Shown piece by piece: positions 14,101 to 29,100 of a stretch of DNA of 64,000 nt (position 1 is its first letter; the number at the start of each line of letters is the position of its first letter). The stretch is taken from the NCBI GenBank assembly GCA_046563655.1, contig CM102287.1, forward strand, positions 7,812,001 to 7,876,000. Reading direction: 5' to 3'. This DNA is from Yuukianura sp. NJ FZ-2021 (taxonomy: Eukaryota). Under the pieces are notes generated by a model. It was given only the letters and a program-made list of their open reading frames with translations, was not told the DNA's origin and did no database searches. The position numbers and the translations under genes are program-made.

Positions 14101-17100
14101 GCGTTGGTTCAAAAATTGGATTGACCCCCTACGGTATTTACTTTAGTTGAGAAATGAATTTGATGATGGTCATCAATCGCCCAAATGTACTCCTATTCTA
14201 TCATAAGCTAATGTTAGGTTAGTTAACAAACTTGATTTAAATGGTACGTTTACTACTGTTAAACTACTTTTAATCACTAGGTTCAGTTTTCAATTGCCCC
14301 GACCCCAGGAGACACCCTTATTCAATTTCAGCGTCAGTTTTACCATTGTCTTACGAAGACGTGGGCGGACTCTGAAATCAAAACTAAAACGTAACATAAT
14401 GCGAGTCTAACTTAAGTTAACTTTTAGCATAACATTGAGTTTCGCGTTTAGAACATAACTGTTTTGAAACAGACGAAAACATAGAAATTCTGAAAAAAAA
14501 GTTAGACGAACCACTTGAAATTGCTGCAAAAGTTAGACGAAACAAGTGAAGTTGTGAAAAACTTGGACCAAACAATTGAAATTGCTGAAAAAGTTTTAGA
14601 CGAAAAAATCAAAATTGGTGAAGAGGTTAAAAGGACAATAGAATTTATTCTTAATTGAGTCCAGCCATACTTGGTTAAACCAAATTAAAGGAAATGAAAA
14701 TTTAACTAATCAGAGTGAGTGCGCAGTCAAAACAATTGATTTAAGACCCCGGTAGTTCAAGTTATGTTGAACTCTGGTAGTAATGCTCTCCATAACTCTC
14801 CAAACTGGATTCTTTTGTTGTTACTAAATGAACCAACACCATCAGGAGAAGAAGAAGGTGGGCGAAGACGGATTGAAAAATTGTTTTGTGAGACTTACGA
14901 CTTCTACTCTGCGAACTCTGCGTTTAAGCAATTTATGTAACTGAAAAGTAGTCCAAGAGATTTTGAAAAAAATGAACTGCAAGCAGATGGTTAGCACTTT
15001 AGAGCTCTAATTATTAGAAAAAATACAAAAATGGTGCTCCTTGTCTTAGAAAAATCTTCCGCTTTTTTCATTTTCTAACTTTTGTGAATTTCTTTTCATA
15101 AAGAATTGGCCTAGTTTTCAAAACAAAAATTAGCTTGAAAGCTATTTTGAAAATGAAATGACAACAAATAACAGGCTTCTACTAAAGAAGTTTTTTTGAA
15201 AAAAAACGAAAAAAGTAGGCCCAACATGATTCTGTTTTCAAAATTTTTGCTGTTTTCTGTAGTTGTTGCAGCTTCTTTGCGACAGGCTAAACTTGTCTGC
15301 ATTTGAAGTTGTTGTTGAAGCGAAAAGCCAATGTTTAATTGCTCTTTTTTTAATTTTGTAGGAGTTCCTGACTTGCCGAGAAGGGAAACCGTGATTCCCG
15401 TAAAACTGCCGCCGTCTTCGGCAGACTCCTCGGCAGAATCCCTGGATAATTTATGGTTTGATGGGCCTGAGGAAGAAAACCGGTTTCGACGACGCAACTT
15501 GTCCAGTGACAACCGACAACCCGCGACCAACTTTCGGCTAGACGAGGCCGGTTCTTCTGGACGAAGAGCTCACTATGACTCCGGGCACTTCAGAGACCGT
15601 GGAGCTCCCATCTGGGATCCACATCCGCAGTACCGATTCGGCGCCTTTGGTCAAGTCTTCCATCTCGTCCTGACTCCAGCGGATGACTTTGTCAGTCCCG
15701 TCCTAAGGACGACGACCCATGAAGGGAACTTTACGTGGAGGGAAGACGCTGTGACTGGTGCTAGGGGCAACAAGTGCTTCTACCGCGGCTTTGTCCGTGG
15801 GGACACTGACTCCTCAGTTGCAGTTTCCCTCTGCCATGGCATGGTAAGTCAACTTTTCATTACCGCTGATCGATTCTCGGAAATTTGTGGACGGTCACTT
15901 GCACACCAGACGCATTAACGACGATCGCGTATCGACGAAACCACTGAAACAGACGAAACCTTCCAGGAATGTTCGAAATCGATCTTATAAAAGGCTATTG
16001 TGCGTCCAGAAGTGACCGTCCATGATGATTCTGTCACAGAGTCACCGTACATAAGTGTTCGGTTATGTCGTCGGGCTGTCAGGGTCCCGCCAAAGTTCAT
16101 AGCCATTTCATCTTTGCATCACCGCTAGACCAAAAGTCATTTTCGTGCAGTGCAGATTAATTAATGGACACAAAACACGTCAGCACAAAAGCCGTTTTTT
16201 TCAGACACGAACTCAATAAGTCAAGATTTCAATTTCAATGCAGTTCTTAGCGTCTTCCCAAGTGTCTTTATGTTGTCATGAATTCAATTCAATCCAAAAA
16301 TCTTGTGCCATTTTGAATCTTCCATTACTTTGAAAATTCTAAACTCACTTCCACGCTATTCAAAATTTTCCTGGCTTTTGTCTTACCATAACATTCCTTC
16401 TTTTCAGTTGGTTTGGTTTTGTATTCTGTTCTGCAATTTCGGTGTTTGAATTTTTTGTACTTTATTTGAATTGTTTAATTTCAACAATAGAAATGACTTC
16501 GTCATTCGCTAAAGCATTTTGGCACGATTTTATGAAATCATAGTCAAAATGACTCGTAATGCTACCCAAAGTGTCGTGAACTTACATTTTGGCAAGAATA
16601 TTCAACAATTTTCCAAAATTTGCAAATTATTTTTAGCCAAAAAATGTTTACTAAATTCAAAAATTTGCAAAGAATGTGTCATCGCTTGGCGGCTTGTGCA
16701 GGTCACAACTCCTGTGACACTCATATCGACAGACACATAAAACGGAATTGGCCAATTCAGAATTAGCGATGATCAAATCATTTCAAAATATGAAAACATA
16801 TTTTTGGCAAGATATCCTTGAAAATGTTACGCAAAAGTGTCTGTCCATGCCCCTCTATGACTTTGTTGACATGGACGAGCGATGCGGAAGAGCCGTCCGC
16901 ATGTCTCCACCATGTCTCGAGTTTCAACTAACCAAAACCTCATCTCCATTCAATTGATTCAACTTTAGACAAAACATTAAGACAAAGAGGTTTTTGGCGT
17001 GTCAGGTTGGAAGTCATTTTGCAGTCATGTCACTTCTCCTTTTAAATGCATAATGACCATTTAATGCTCGTCTAATAAACTTCATCATCATCTCCTCTAA

Positions 17101-20100
17101 ATGGCCGTAAGCAAAACGGCTACAAGTTCCAAACGGCTCATCTTCTGCCATTTCAGCTCATCTTCTTCCATTGTTTTCAGCGTCTGTCTCGCTCCTTATC
17201 CACAAATCGATTAGTCGGTGGCATAACCTAACCTAAAGGCAGGCACAAATGGACAATTCATGTTGACTAGAAATAACAATCGGAATTTGATCTTCTGGAA
17301 ACTTTAGTAGGGGAGTGATTAATTGACATGAGAGATCAATTTCAATTGAAACCTAGGTCTAATCTAACGGTATCCTAGGCAGTGTTGATGTCAAAGGAGC
17401 CGGGGGTACTTCAAATCTGTCTGGATTTGAAAGAGGACACGGGGGTACTTGAGTATTTTCCTCCTGCTGTACTGGAAGATGAACGACGAAATAGACGTGC
17501 TTGAAAGTATCGCTGGAAGACAGATGAGTGGATAGGGGGTACTTGAAGGGATGCTGGAATACTTTCTTTTTCTAGTTTGAGAAAAAATAGGTTGGTGCTG
17601 CTCACTATTGTCACCAAGGGTGGTGAGGATACGTAGATTTATGTGTTTGCGTTCAGAGATCACTACTTTGTCAACGGGAGGAGGAAGAGGAGGCATAAAT
17701 TCACGTCTGTTAGGAACAAGATTCCAGCGGGATTATTTCTGCTCATTGTTTCATCTTGAGCAAAGATCTGTTCCGGCCTCCGCAGTTTCTTATCCTGTTC
17801 CTGACAGAGACAAAAGGAATTGGAAGGCATGGAGAGATGGGAAGATGGAATGTTTTCCTATTTGGACACTCCGGTAATTGAAAAGTGTCATCTCCCCATC
17901 CCTCTTTTTGCAAAGATCTCAGAACTAAAACAGAATTAACTTGTTTAGATAAATGAACATTCTTCAACCTCAGCGTCACTCAATTTTACTCAAAAATTCA
18001 TCTAGGGAAATTTTTTACAAATTCCAAAGTTCCAATATTGATGCGGATGTCGACAGAGAAAAAATTCCAAATTGCTAGATTTTTATTTTAACATTTCAAT
18101 TTGATTTAAGAAGTATTTATAAAACGAAGCGTTCTGATTCTTCTCAATTTTCCGAATATTTGAATTAGTCGATGATTCAAGAATTTCCTATACCAATTTG
18201 ATTTTTTAGTCCTAGATTTTGATTTTGAGAATTTAGTTCCGTGAATTTTCCCTTATGATTTCGGATTCAATTTTCAGTCCTTAATTTTCAGATTCAGGTT
18301 CAACTGTCAGAATTTTTCTTAGGTTAGCTTGTAGACTCGATTTTTGAATTTGGAGGTCGTAAATCGTGTTTAGTTTTGTTAAATTGTGTGTTTTCTAAAT
18401 TTTAAAAGGATTTTGGAGCTTCAAGGAAGCATGTGCTGCTGACAATTTGGAAATTCAAATGATTTATCGAAATCTGAAGAATTTGGATGAGGGTTATCCT
18501 GTGTTTGAGGGAGTGTTTGGTAGTTCTTTTGGCCTCATTAATTCTAATGGAGAGACGTGCGTGATAATTAGATCTCTGAATGAAGGATGGAGTCTGGATA
18601 ATGAACTTTAAGAACAAGATGAAGTTTAAGAAGAGGAGGATTTAAGACGAATGAACTCTATCGACTTTTAGTATTACTTGTAACTACTTCTTTCCCATGT
18701 CCAAGTACCAGTAGGAAACAAAAAGCAATCATCAAAATCCAAACATCAATCTTAATTGCTCCAAGTTTTACCTGGTAATTAACGAAATTCAAGTATTTTG
18801 ACACCCTGCTGGTCAGATGAGATGAGGGTGAAAGGAAACAGGATTTAGCGAAATTGAAAATTGGATTTTTGAAAGTGATTTTCCAAGTTTTACACACCCT
18901 CCTATGAAAAACTATGAAAGTTGTCATGTTCTTTGAAATATTTAAATTTTTCAAAAAAGTATAATGTTTAGGCACAAGTTAGGGAAGTAAGGTGATCTTG
19001 CCGTGATTTTCCTAATGATCTCTGATTGGAGGTGATAGAGGATGGGAAGGGCGTGGTACTTTTTTCTGCCCAAACAACACATGTATGCCTGTCAAAAATC
19101 TGTGTGCCAACATAACAAATGGACTGGAGGGATTCAATCCACGTCCGAAGAGAGGCAAAACCACAAAATGATGAATGGACCAGTCTTCAGACTTGGTTGA
19201 GTGCAATGTGCGGAGTGTCGAGACTTCAAATTATTTGCAATTTGAATTCCTCTGATAGATTTCTGTGCGAAAATTAAAGAATTAAATCTTGGCAAGAGCA
19301 ATAATTAAGTCATCATCATACAAGTCTTCAACTTTTTTTATACAACCGCTATAAACATTTTTGCAAATTCGTTAATCCCCTTAACCCAGCTCACCTTCAT
19401 CATTGGCTCTTTTCAAAGTTGTTGATCTGAACATTGTTTTGAAGATTAACACCAAATTGATTGATTTCCTTACATTTTTAGCAATTACCAGCACTGGCAA
19501 ACTTGCATTTTCATACCTTAACATTCTTGTATCAAATTTCCTGTTCCTAGCCTAACCTGATTGCTTTTGCATGTTCATTTTCTTTCACATCACTGGAAAT
19601 AATTACGCCAATTTAGTTTGTCCACTTCTCATGTCAGTTTTCAAGAAAAAAAAAGTGTTTCGTGTTGCTAATTACGCATCCTCAATGTCATGTCAAGAAA
19701 ACACAAAATTGAAAACAGAAAATTTAAATTTGAAACCAGAAATTCAGAAGAAAAAAAACACCATAGTTAATCCGTTTCTCTTAAGGAATACTAATTCTAC
19801 GAACCCGGAATGAATTAGTTCAAAATTCGAAAGAAGACTTTTTCGAAAAGGTCAAATTTTGTTTTTTTTTTTGGTGGCAACTTGAACTCTAAAGTGACTG
19901 GCAAAATTAATGTGTCTTTTGAGTCTACGTGACAAGGATTTAATTGATGGTTTGACGCCTTTATTTGGTAAAATCAAAGGTTTTTAGAATGTGCTCAAAT
20001 AGGAGATGCTGGATTGACAATTTTTTAAATTCAATGGTTGTCACAAGGCATTTGAAAAAGAAAATGTCTATGTCACTTCTGCTTTTTCTCTTTAGTGAAA

Positions 20101-23100
20101 AGAAAATTTTGAACCACCTTGTACTTCAAAGTAAAGTAAAACCTAAGTGGGTAGAAGAAAAGAATAAGTTATTGTATAAGTTTTTTGGCGCGTGATGGGA
20201 TTAAGGGATTAGAGGCTATTAATTTTGGAAAGAATTTGCAAAAATGGATTTTTGATTTTTCTTAATCTGCGCACTTTTTACTCACAGGAGATTTTGTTGA
20301 AGCGTTTTAGTCCAAAGTAACCAAAAGCGGCTGGTAGACTTTTGATGTTATTGAAATAATTAGGATTTGGCGGTGACCTCCGAGGGTGTGACACAAAAGA
20401 TTTGCGTCCTACGCTTTCATCGTTTAAGTTTCTGCGAAAAACAACTCCCCTTAACACTTAACGTCTGTGAGTCACTCGTCTTGATTTATGACTGTTTCGT
20501 ACTTTTCATAATCCTTGCCATTTTTACAATGACAAGTAATGCTTGGGCTCGCTTTTTGATGTTTTTGCACAAAAAGTAACATTTTGCGTAGCTTACTTTT
20601 TTTCAATTGGCAAACTTGTTGATTTCGAGCATCTCCGCCGGATAATTTTAATTTCAAAAATTCCACCAACTTTTTTTTTCGGATTTCCTAGTTTTCTGCA
20701 TCTTCTGTTGGCATCTGTGTTCTTCACATAACGTTCTTTAGGTAGTTTAGATTGGCGAAGCTGATTCGTTCTGCAACTTTCACATGAAATGCTAGGAAGA
20801 TACAAAATTATAGTAATTGTGCTAAATACTGTTTTTAATAGATTTAATTACTAACTGGATTGTGTGAAATTTCGAGTCAAAGGGGAGGAAAAATTGGTAC
20901 TGTCGTGTGAAAATTTGAGACAACAGCGCTTCCTTTTTCCCTCTTTTTAGTAGTTGGAGGGCGTTGGCTTTAGGCGCTTTTATGTTTTGGCCAATTTTCC
21001 GGAGATGCACTGAAGTGAATTAACTGCCAAGTCGTGTAGACGGAAGATCCTTCTTTTGTTTCTTCTTACAGAAGCGATTTGTGGCAGTGTTAATAGGTTT
21101 AACACCAATGGAGGAATTGGCAGACGAGGCAGGATTTGTCTCATTCACGTTTCCAGACACTTTGCGAAATTGAATTGACCTTTCGGCTGAACAGTACATC
21201 GACTTCACAACTAAGCTGGGAGAGAAAATTTGAAGTTGACCTTTGACCTTTACCAACCGGGTCCTCATTTTTTCCGTACACAAATTTCAAATGCCATCCG
21301 CGGACGGCTAAGTTATGCGGTTCTATCTCGTCCCAGAAGATTCATGCTCGCGGCTTTTTCGCATCAATGAATAAATTTTCTACTTCAAAACATTGGAACT
21401 GGAGCGAAACAACGCTAGGCTCTCTGATTCAACATGAAACTGGGGAAAATTTTTTTTTAAACTTAAAAACATTCATAAAAAATAAATTTAAATAAATTTT
21501 AAAAATTCTGGAACTACTCGGCTTTAAATTTCCAAGGCTTGATGGAATTTTTAAATTCTGGAATGAATTTGCCTCAGAATTTTCAAAAAATTTTAATTTA
21601 AGTATTAGGTATTATTCAACGTAGTGTTGGCTGGTACTACTTAAATTGAAATTTTTGTAACCGTTTGGATATACATTTTCAAAGAAATTTTGAGCCTAAC
21701 TGAGGAGGCAGTTGGATTACCTTAAAGAATTTGAAATTTTGGAAAAATTTGAATCTTTTCCAAAAAAAATTGGTTTTCAAAAATTTCCAGCTCCCTAGAG
21801 TCTGCACAAGCCTAAAAATTTGGGATAATGATCTTTATTAGCAAAATTGAGACTACGGAAGTAGATTTTCTGGGAAGTTAAAAGTTATTCTGGATAAGGG
21901 AGACATGTGTTGACTGAATACTGAGAACATCCTTCCTCCTGTTCTGTGTTTTGTTTAAAACAGAAAAAAAGTACGATGATGTGTGTACTAGTATTTGTAA
22001 AAGAGGAAGTTCTGGAGGATCTCTGTGTGTCTGGTCCAAGTTACCGCTACTGTTATTCGGAAAGACGCTCGCGCAAAGTCAATTGCCCAAATGGAGGGCA
22101 GACAGGGATTATTTATGCAAAAAGTTAAGTTAGGGCCATCGGCCCCGAATTCTCGTTTCCGCCAAAGCAATTGAAGCTTTTTAAGCAGAAGAGGTCAACT
22201 AGGCACGATGATCGCCTAATAGTTGCACATTTCTGCAGATCTTTCAGGAAACTTAAAAAAAAAACAGACGCGGTTGCTGCAGCGTCTGACTAGACACGCT
22301 GGCAGCCGCTTTTCCCGTCAAAATTTTCTTCCCAAAAGTTAATTTCGTTAATGTTTTTGTCGTTTTGGTTTTTTACAGACCGGGCACATTAGAACTCAAA
22401 ACGGAAGCTTCTTTATCGAACCAATCGGAGCCTGGAAGGGCCCCCATACGCCCTTGGCGCATACTTTTTTCCAAACAGGCCCTTTGCCATTTGTCAACCA
22501 TCGTGACCCTGCATCAAAGGACCACGAAGACGAAGTGACCCCTTACACAGGTCACCCGGAACTGAATCTGCAACGGGTCAAACCAGAAACAAAGTCTGGA
22601 AATGGTAAGACTTTAGAAATAGACATTACAGTTTAGTGTAAAGGCGAAAGTGATGATGAGAAAGTTGTAAAAATCAAAACTGTTTACGCTACAAAAAATC
22701 TACTTTCCAGATTTGCACGCTCCCCGAAAAACTACCGCTTGTTACATTTGACGTTTTACTGCTTTGCTATTTTATTGCAAGTCTCTGCACTTTTTTTAGC
22801 TGAAGGCTGAACAAACTTCTAAAAAGTTCCATAATGAGCCCAACTCTTTTTAGCATTTTTTGACAACCTAACGTTTCAGCTGCAGTTTTGAACTGCAGTA
22901 AAATCTACTCTTATGTTAGAAAAGGAATATTTATTATTGGTTGTACTTTTTTGTTGTAAAATGGATCAATAGCCTCCAGTGTTCTATTTTTGCATTTGAA
23001 AAGAGGATGAGATGGGGTTCTTGACCCTGAAGACTCCCAAACTCTCGTCTTCTCCTGTCTTGTGCAAAAATTGTTTGGGAAAGAGTTGAGTAACTCTTGT

Positions 23101-26100
23101 GACTAGCCAAGCCTCAGACATTTGGACGAAAGAGAAAAGTTTATCCAGCTTTTGCGAATATTTTTTTTGCACAGAAAGTGAGTAAGGACTTTGCAGAAGA
23201 GAGACAAGTTTAAGTGGGATTTCGCTGGGGATGTCTTTCCATTTTGGCACTAATCCAGATAGATTCGCAAATTGAGGAAACGATCCTCCTTGTGCCCTAA
23301 TGAGACTAAAGGAACATCCAGACACAATAATAAGCTCTCAAGAACTCACAAGGTTTTTGCACACAAAAAATCAGGGCAATCCTACTTTTTGTTTTTGTTG
23401 TTCGAAATTTCAAGTATTTCCCACCTCTTCTCAAGTGGAGAGCTCTAATTGACATATTTTTTTCTTCAAAGAAGTTATGATTTTTCGAGGTTATACGAAA
23501 ACACTTTCTTGCAAAAAAAAAACTGAAAACATCTTTGATTTTTTTAGAGAAACGTAGACAGAATGTTACATGTTTTTTACCCATTTTGGTTTCGCTTTTT
23601 AACAAAACTTTTGAAAAGATCGCACACACAAAGTTAAATGGAGATGTTGGACCAGTGCTATGTTTGTGGTTTTTGTTGATTTAAGTAAATTCATAAATTC
23701 AATGTGACTTTCCGTTAGTCGGTTGTGAGTGTGACTCTGAGGATTGTTGTCCTGTGGAGTCATTCATTCTAGAAGATCCAATTTATGTTAATGATGCTTA
23801 GCCGGTTTTTTGAGGGCTCAGCTTGCACCTCGCACCTTTTCCATGTCAGAACTAATCAAAGTCAGTTTTTCTAAACAGCTTTTCACATGTAAAACGGTTT
23901 GAACACTACAATTATGTTCAAAGTGACAGCTTGAAGTCAGGTCAGGGTTCAAATTTACATCCAGGAAACGATATACTGAATGCACTTGGACCTCAGTCTC
24001 AAGCACTAACTTTCAAATTCATCCTGAATTTAAAATTTTGAAACAACGTTTTCTATTTTTCATGAGTGTGCATGTGAAACTTTGCTCTTTCCGAATACCG
24101 AATCAAATACTCGAGTTTTTTTTTGTTCTGAACTTATCTATGCCGGTTTTTGAAATATTATTATTATTATTATTAATTGATAAATCAATAAAACTAATAA
24201 CTAGTAGTTTATATAATATAATTAATTAAACTTGAACCAGAGAATCGACAATGTAAAGACTTCCATCGGAGAATGAAGAAATTTATTTATCTAAATCCAA
24301 AAGCGAGTCATATGTATGAAACATATTGGGAAAAAATCGGAAAGCGTCTTGCCGTGTCATAACTCATTTTGTCATTTTGAAGTTTTTTTGAAATTTCAAT
24401 TATGCGTCTTTGGCCTTTGTTTTTGGGCCAAGTTCGACAGGGTCGTAGATCGTTAAATCCAATTCAAAAAAGTAGATCACAGGTTTGGAAATGAGCAAGA
24501 AAGCGATACAAACTCTTTATTTTGAAACCTCAAAAACATTTTCATTCACATGTAGAAAATCTGGAACTGTCACATAAATCATAGGTTTAACACGAGTTTT
24601 CAAAGGCAAAAGAGTTTCTGATTAGGATGGGCTAAGAAAAAACTACTCTCTTTAACCATTTTTGGTGCATAAGGAGTTACGCCTAAAAGCGTCAGGTCAA
24701 GAGGTCAGGTCAACAGAAAGTTTTTTACCAGACGCTCAGTCGCTAGGTTCGTAATTCATACAAAACCAGTGATAGGGTGAGAAACTGACAGCTTCAAGGT
24801 ATTCAGTCAAATTAAAAATAGGCGTATGCTTCTTTTTCAAAAAAGAAATTCAAACAACTCACTTTAAAAAAAAAGTTAAAAAATTTCGAACAAGGCAGTT
24901 TTAACCAAACGAGAGGAGAAGGGTGTGTAGGTTTCATTGAAAAAAATTGAACAAAATGAAAACTTCGAGATGAAAATCTTAAAAAATGTTGATCTTCCGG
25001 ATCTACATCTTGGGAAGAAAGATGCTCAGGAGAGATTCTCCTCCAGAAAACGTGACTAGAGTGGCTTAGAAGGGGGGCCCTTGAAGGGCTTCAAAAGTTT
25101 TGAATTTTAAAAGCCCCTAAAGCATAAGGGCTTTGGTTTCAGGCTAACCTTAATTTAGTTCGTGATGTCTCTTCTGGACTGAACTTGACATCATTACTGT
25201 GATTGATGGTACAAGATTGTAATCTTGTTTGTCTTGATGCGTCTCAGGTGAGGCTACTTCTGGAAGGCGAAGGAAACGATCCATGTCGAAGGAACGCTAC
25301 GTTGAGCTTATGGTGGTCACTGATTCGACCATGGGTGCCTACCATGGAGAAAACCTCAAGCACTACGTACTCACGCTCCTGTCAATTGTAAATTCCAATT
25401 TTTCAATTTTGTTATTTTAATTTTCCATTAGTTGTGTCAACTCGAGCGGGGATTAATGTCAACATTAACTTTATCCTTGGATGGATTGACAGGTTGCTTT
25501 GGTTTACAAAGACGCAAGTATTGGAAATCCAGTCAATATTGCTCTTGTGAAGTTCCATGTTCTGAGAGACAAGGACTTTACTTGGAAGAATAGAGGAACG
25601 AATCCGGAAGGAGGACGGGGAACGAGAGCTGATGGCAGTACATTTGGAATTAGCGCGTCTGAGATGCTGCGCAATTTCTGCAAATGGCAAAAGGAACATA
25701 ACAACATGGACGATTCGTCACCAGACCATCATGACACGGCACTTCTCCTTACAAGGTAAGTCCAAGTTTACCAAAAATGTTTTTATAACAGTGAGTCCCA
25801 TTGTTTGACATGGACGATTAATTTTAAGTGTGTGATTTGAATTTCAGAGAAACAATTTGCAGAAATCCGTGGCTGTACAAATGTGACACGTTGGGATTGG
25901 CAGAACTGGGGACAATGTGTGACTTGTATGCGTCTTGTGCAATCGTCCAGGACAATGGACTCTCGGCAGCATTCACAATTGCGCATGAGCTGGGGCACGT
26001 GTAAGACAGCATACATTAATTACATTAAAACATAATGGATGCATCTTCATTTGTCAAAAGTAATGTTTTCACAGTCATTTCCTAGAGGAATGTTTTGATT

Positions 26101-29100
26101 TCAGGTTGAATATGCCGCATGACGATGACGCCAAATGTCATTCGTTCAAAAACGGACTTTTGCCGAATGTTCAAGCACATTACGTTATGTCAAGGATGCT
26201 GGATCACAACACGTATCCCTGGGCTTGGTCAAAGTGTTCAAGACATTACCTTACAGAATTTCTCGAGTAGGTTATGACGCATTGTTGATGTTTAATTAGT
26301 AAATTGATGAGTAAGTTGACAATTTTTAGTCAAATTTTGAAAATCGTGACTAATTTTTTTTTAGTGCTGGACATGGGTACTGCCTAGAAGATACTCCGCG
26401 TGACAACTTGTTGGAAGCCGAAACGTCTTTGGTTTCTGGTCGAAATCGTCCACAACCCGGTGAAATATTTTCGGAAGATCGTCAATGCGAGCTTGTTTTT
26501 GGACCTCATTCACAATTGTGTTCCTATATGGTAAACTTTTCAAAAAAATTCAAAAAGAAAAGTTTTTAGATCATAATTTTACTCCCAAATTCTCGATTTG
26601 AACAGCCAGTATGTCGGAGACTGTGGTGCACCACTGGGGATTCCGGGGAAGAAGAAGGTTGCAGAACTCAGCACATGCCTTGGGCCGACGGTACGCCCTG
26701 TGCTAGCGACAAATGGTGTCAACGCGGTGCTTGCGTCATGCGCGACTTGGAAAAACTAAGAAAAGTTGATGGCGGGTGGGGACTTTGGCAGCCGTAAGTG
26801 ATGGATGGAACTGCGTATTAATTTTTAGGATTCAAAAATCATTATGTGAGATTTGCTTTAAAATGAACTAAATTGTAAATCTATAATTCGTTTCTTTGAA
26901 ACTACACAGTTTTGGTGAGTGCTCCCGAAGTTGTGGAGGAGGTGTTCGAAGGTCAATTCGGGAATGTGATCATCCTTCGCCAGCCAACGGGGGGAAGTAA
27001 GCATAGTTCTTTTCAAGTCGGATACAGTGATGCTAATACCCGGGTCTTTTTAGGTACTGTGTTGGTCATCGAGTTCGCTATGAATCGTGTAGCACTCATG
27101 AATGTTCCAATGACCATCGAGACTTTCGAGCTGACCAATGCGGAGAGTTCAATCAGGACAACTTTAACATCCAAGGCCTTCCGAAAAACGTGGAGTGGGT
27201 TCCAAAATATGCTGGCAGTAAGTAGTCAATTCTCGGAGTCCGAAGTTTTATTATAAATAACTTTTTTTTCCTATGCAGTAAGTGCCAAAGATCGATGCAA
27301 ACTGTTCTGCCGAGTCCACGGGTCAAGTGCTTACTACTTACTAAAAGAGAAGGTCATTGACGGAACGCCGTGTGGTCCAGATACGTTTGACATTTGCGTC
27401 AATGGGGAATGCCGCGTTGCGGGGTGCGATCGGAAGCTGAGTTCAACGAAAACTCTTGGTAAGTTTTTCAAGAACGTTAAATTCAAACTTTTTCTTGACT
27501 TTTTCCAACACTTTTATGTTAAACGATTCTTGCTTAGATATCTGCGGTGTATGCGGAGGTGACAACGGTAAGCCCAACGGCAATATTTTAATGACACTTC
27601 CTTCATGTTTCATTCTCACGAAACTACAATTTAATTAACAATAATGTTCGTGTTCAGGGAGTTGTCAGATGCAGTCTGGATCTTACAATGAATCAAAATA
27701 CGGGTATAATCCGGTCGTTCGAATCCCCGCTGGGGCATCAAGTGTCGACATTCGACAAACTGGTTTCAATGGCTCTGCACGAGATGACAACTACTTGGGT
27801 AAAAAAAATGAAATTCAAGAGGCAAACTTCTGAAGCCTCAAAAAATTTAACACGAAACCCAAAAAAAATTAGTCAGTCTCTTGCTCTGCTGAGTTATGAA
27901 TATAAAATGCTATTAACAAAATGTACTCAAAACGATTGAATGTTTTCAGCCATTTTGGATCCTGCAACGAAAGAGCAGTATGTTCTAAATGGTAATGCTT
28001 CAACACTATTTTTTTTAATAAATGAGCAAAGAAACAAAAAAATTTCAATAAAGAATTTTTTTTTCTGTATTTAGGACACTTCATTGTGTCTATGTTTCGA
28101 AAAACTGTTCATGCTGCTGGAACTGTGCTGGAATATTCCGGCTCTGACTCTCCGGTAGAACGAATCAACTCGTCGCGTCCTTTGAAATCTGATTTGGTAA
28201 TTAAAATTTTCATAACCTGACAATAGAATTTTCTCTAATAATTGTCATAAATTTCATCTTGTTGAAAGTTTTTAATCCTTTCATTGTAGGTAATTCAGGT
28301 CCTATCTGTTGGAAAACTTTATCCACCGGATATCCGTTACCAGTATGTGATCTCTCTCAACCGAAGCCAAACTTATCAATGGGCAGATTCGGATCGGTGG
28401 TCACCCTGCAGCAGTTTGTGTCACGGAACGCGACACAGGGAACATATTTGCCTCAGAAACAGAATCCAGGAAGTGGACCCTAGGCACTGTCCAGGATCAC
28501 CGCCTCAGGCTGCAGCAGCTCCATGCAATGACAACTGTGACCTTCGCTGGAAAGTCGTCGATTCGTCACCCTGCTCAGTCTCTTGCGGAACTGGTAGAAG
28601 AGATCTCACGGTTCGATGCATCCGTCAATTCAGTGGAAACTATACTCTAGTTTCCGACAGTTTCTGCTTGGACGACGAAAAGCCGCCTGAAGTCGAAGCC
28701 TGTACTGAAACGTGTAACAAGCCAAAATGGAAGTACTCTGCTTGGTCGGACTGTTCGAGCCGTTGTGGTGACGGAACGCAGAGTCGTCAGGCGACATGTG
28801 TTGACTCCTTTGACAACGTCGTGGATTCTGGACACTGTGAACTACTGGGAGATCCACAGACGACGAAGAAGTGTTCAAAAAATCCGCCGTGTGGAAAATG
28901 GCGCGTGGAACAATGGAGTCCGTGCTCGGTTTCTTGTGGTCAAGGGGTCACGAAGGCCCTTTACGCATGCTACCAAGGACATACTGGCGGAACTATACTA
29001 CCGCGTGACTTTTGTCTCAACGACGCTACGCCAGAGGTAGAACGCATGTGTGAAGGACCTCCTTGTGTCCAGTGGGACGTCGAAGATTGGTCACCGGTTA

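Noticed and set aside
17401..17550. Three copies of GGGGTACTT
   Set aside because: Short and irregularly spaced; no element boundaries or function could be inferred.
9400..25200. Numerous 60-120 aa Phe/Lys-rich ORFs in ADAMTS introns (nested gene or transposase?)
   Set aside because: Their composition reflects AT-rich non-coding DNA. I saw no RT, DDE or other domain motif and no coherent exon chain.
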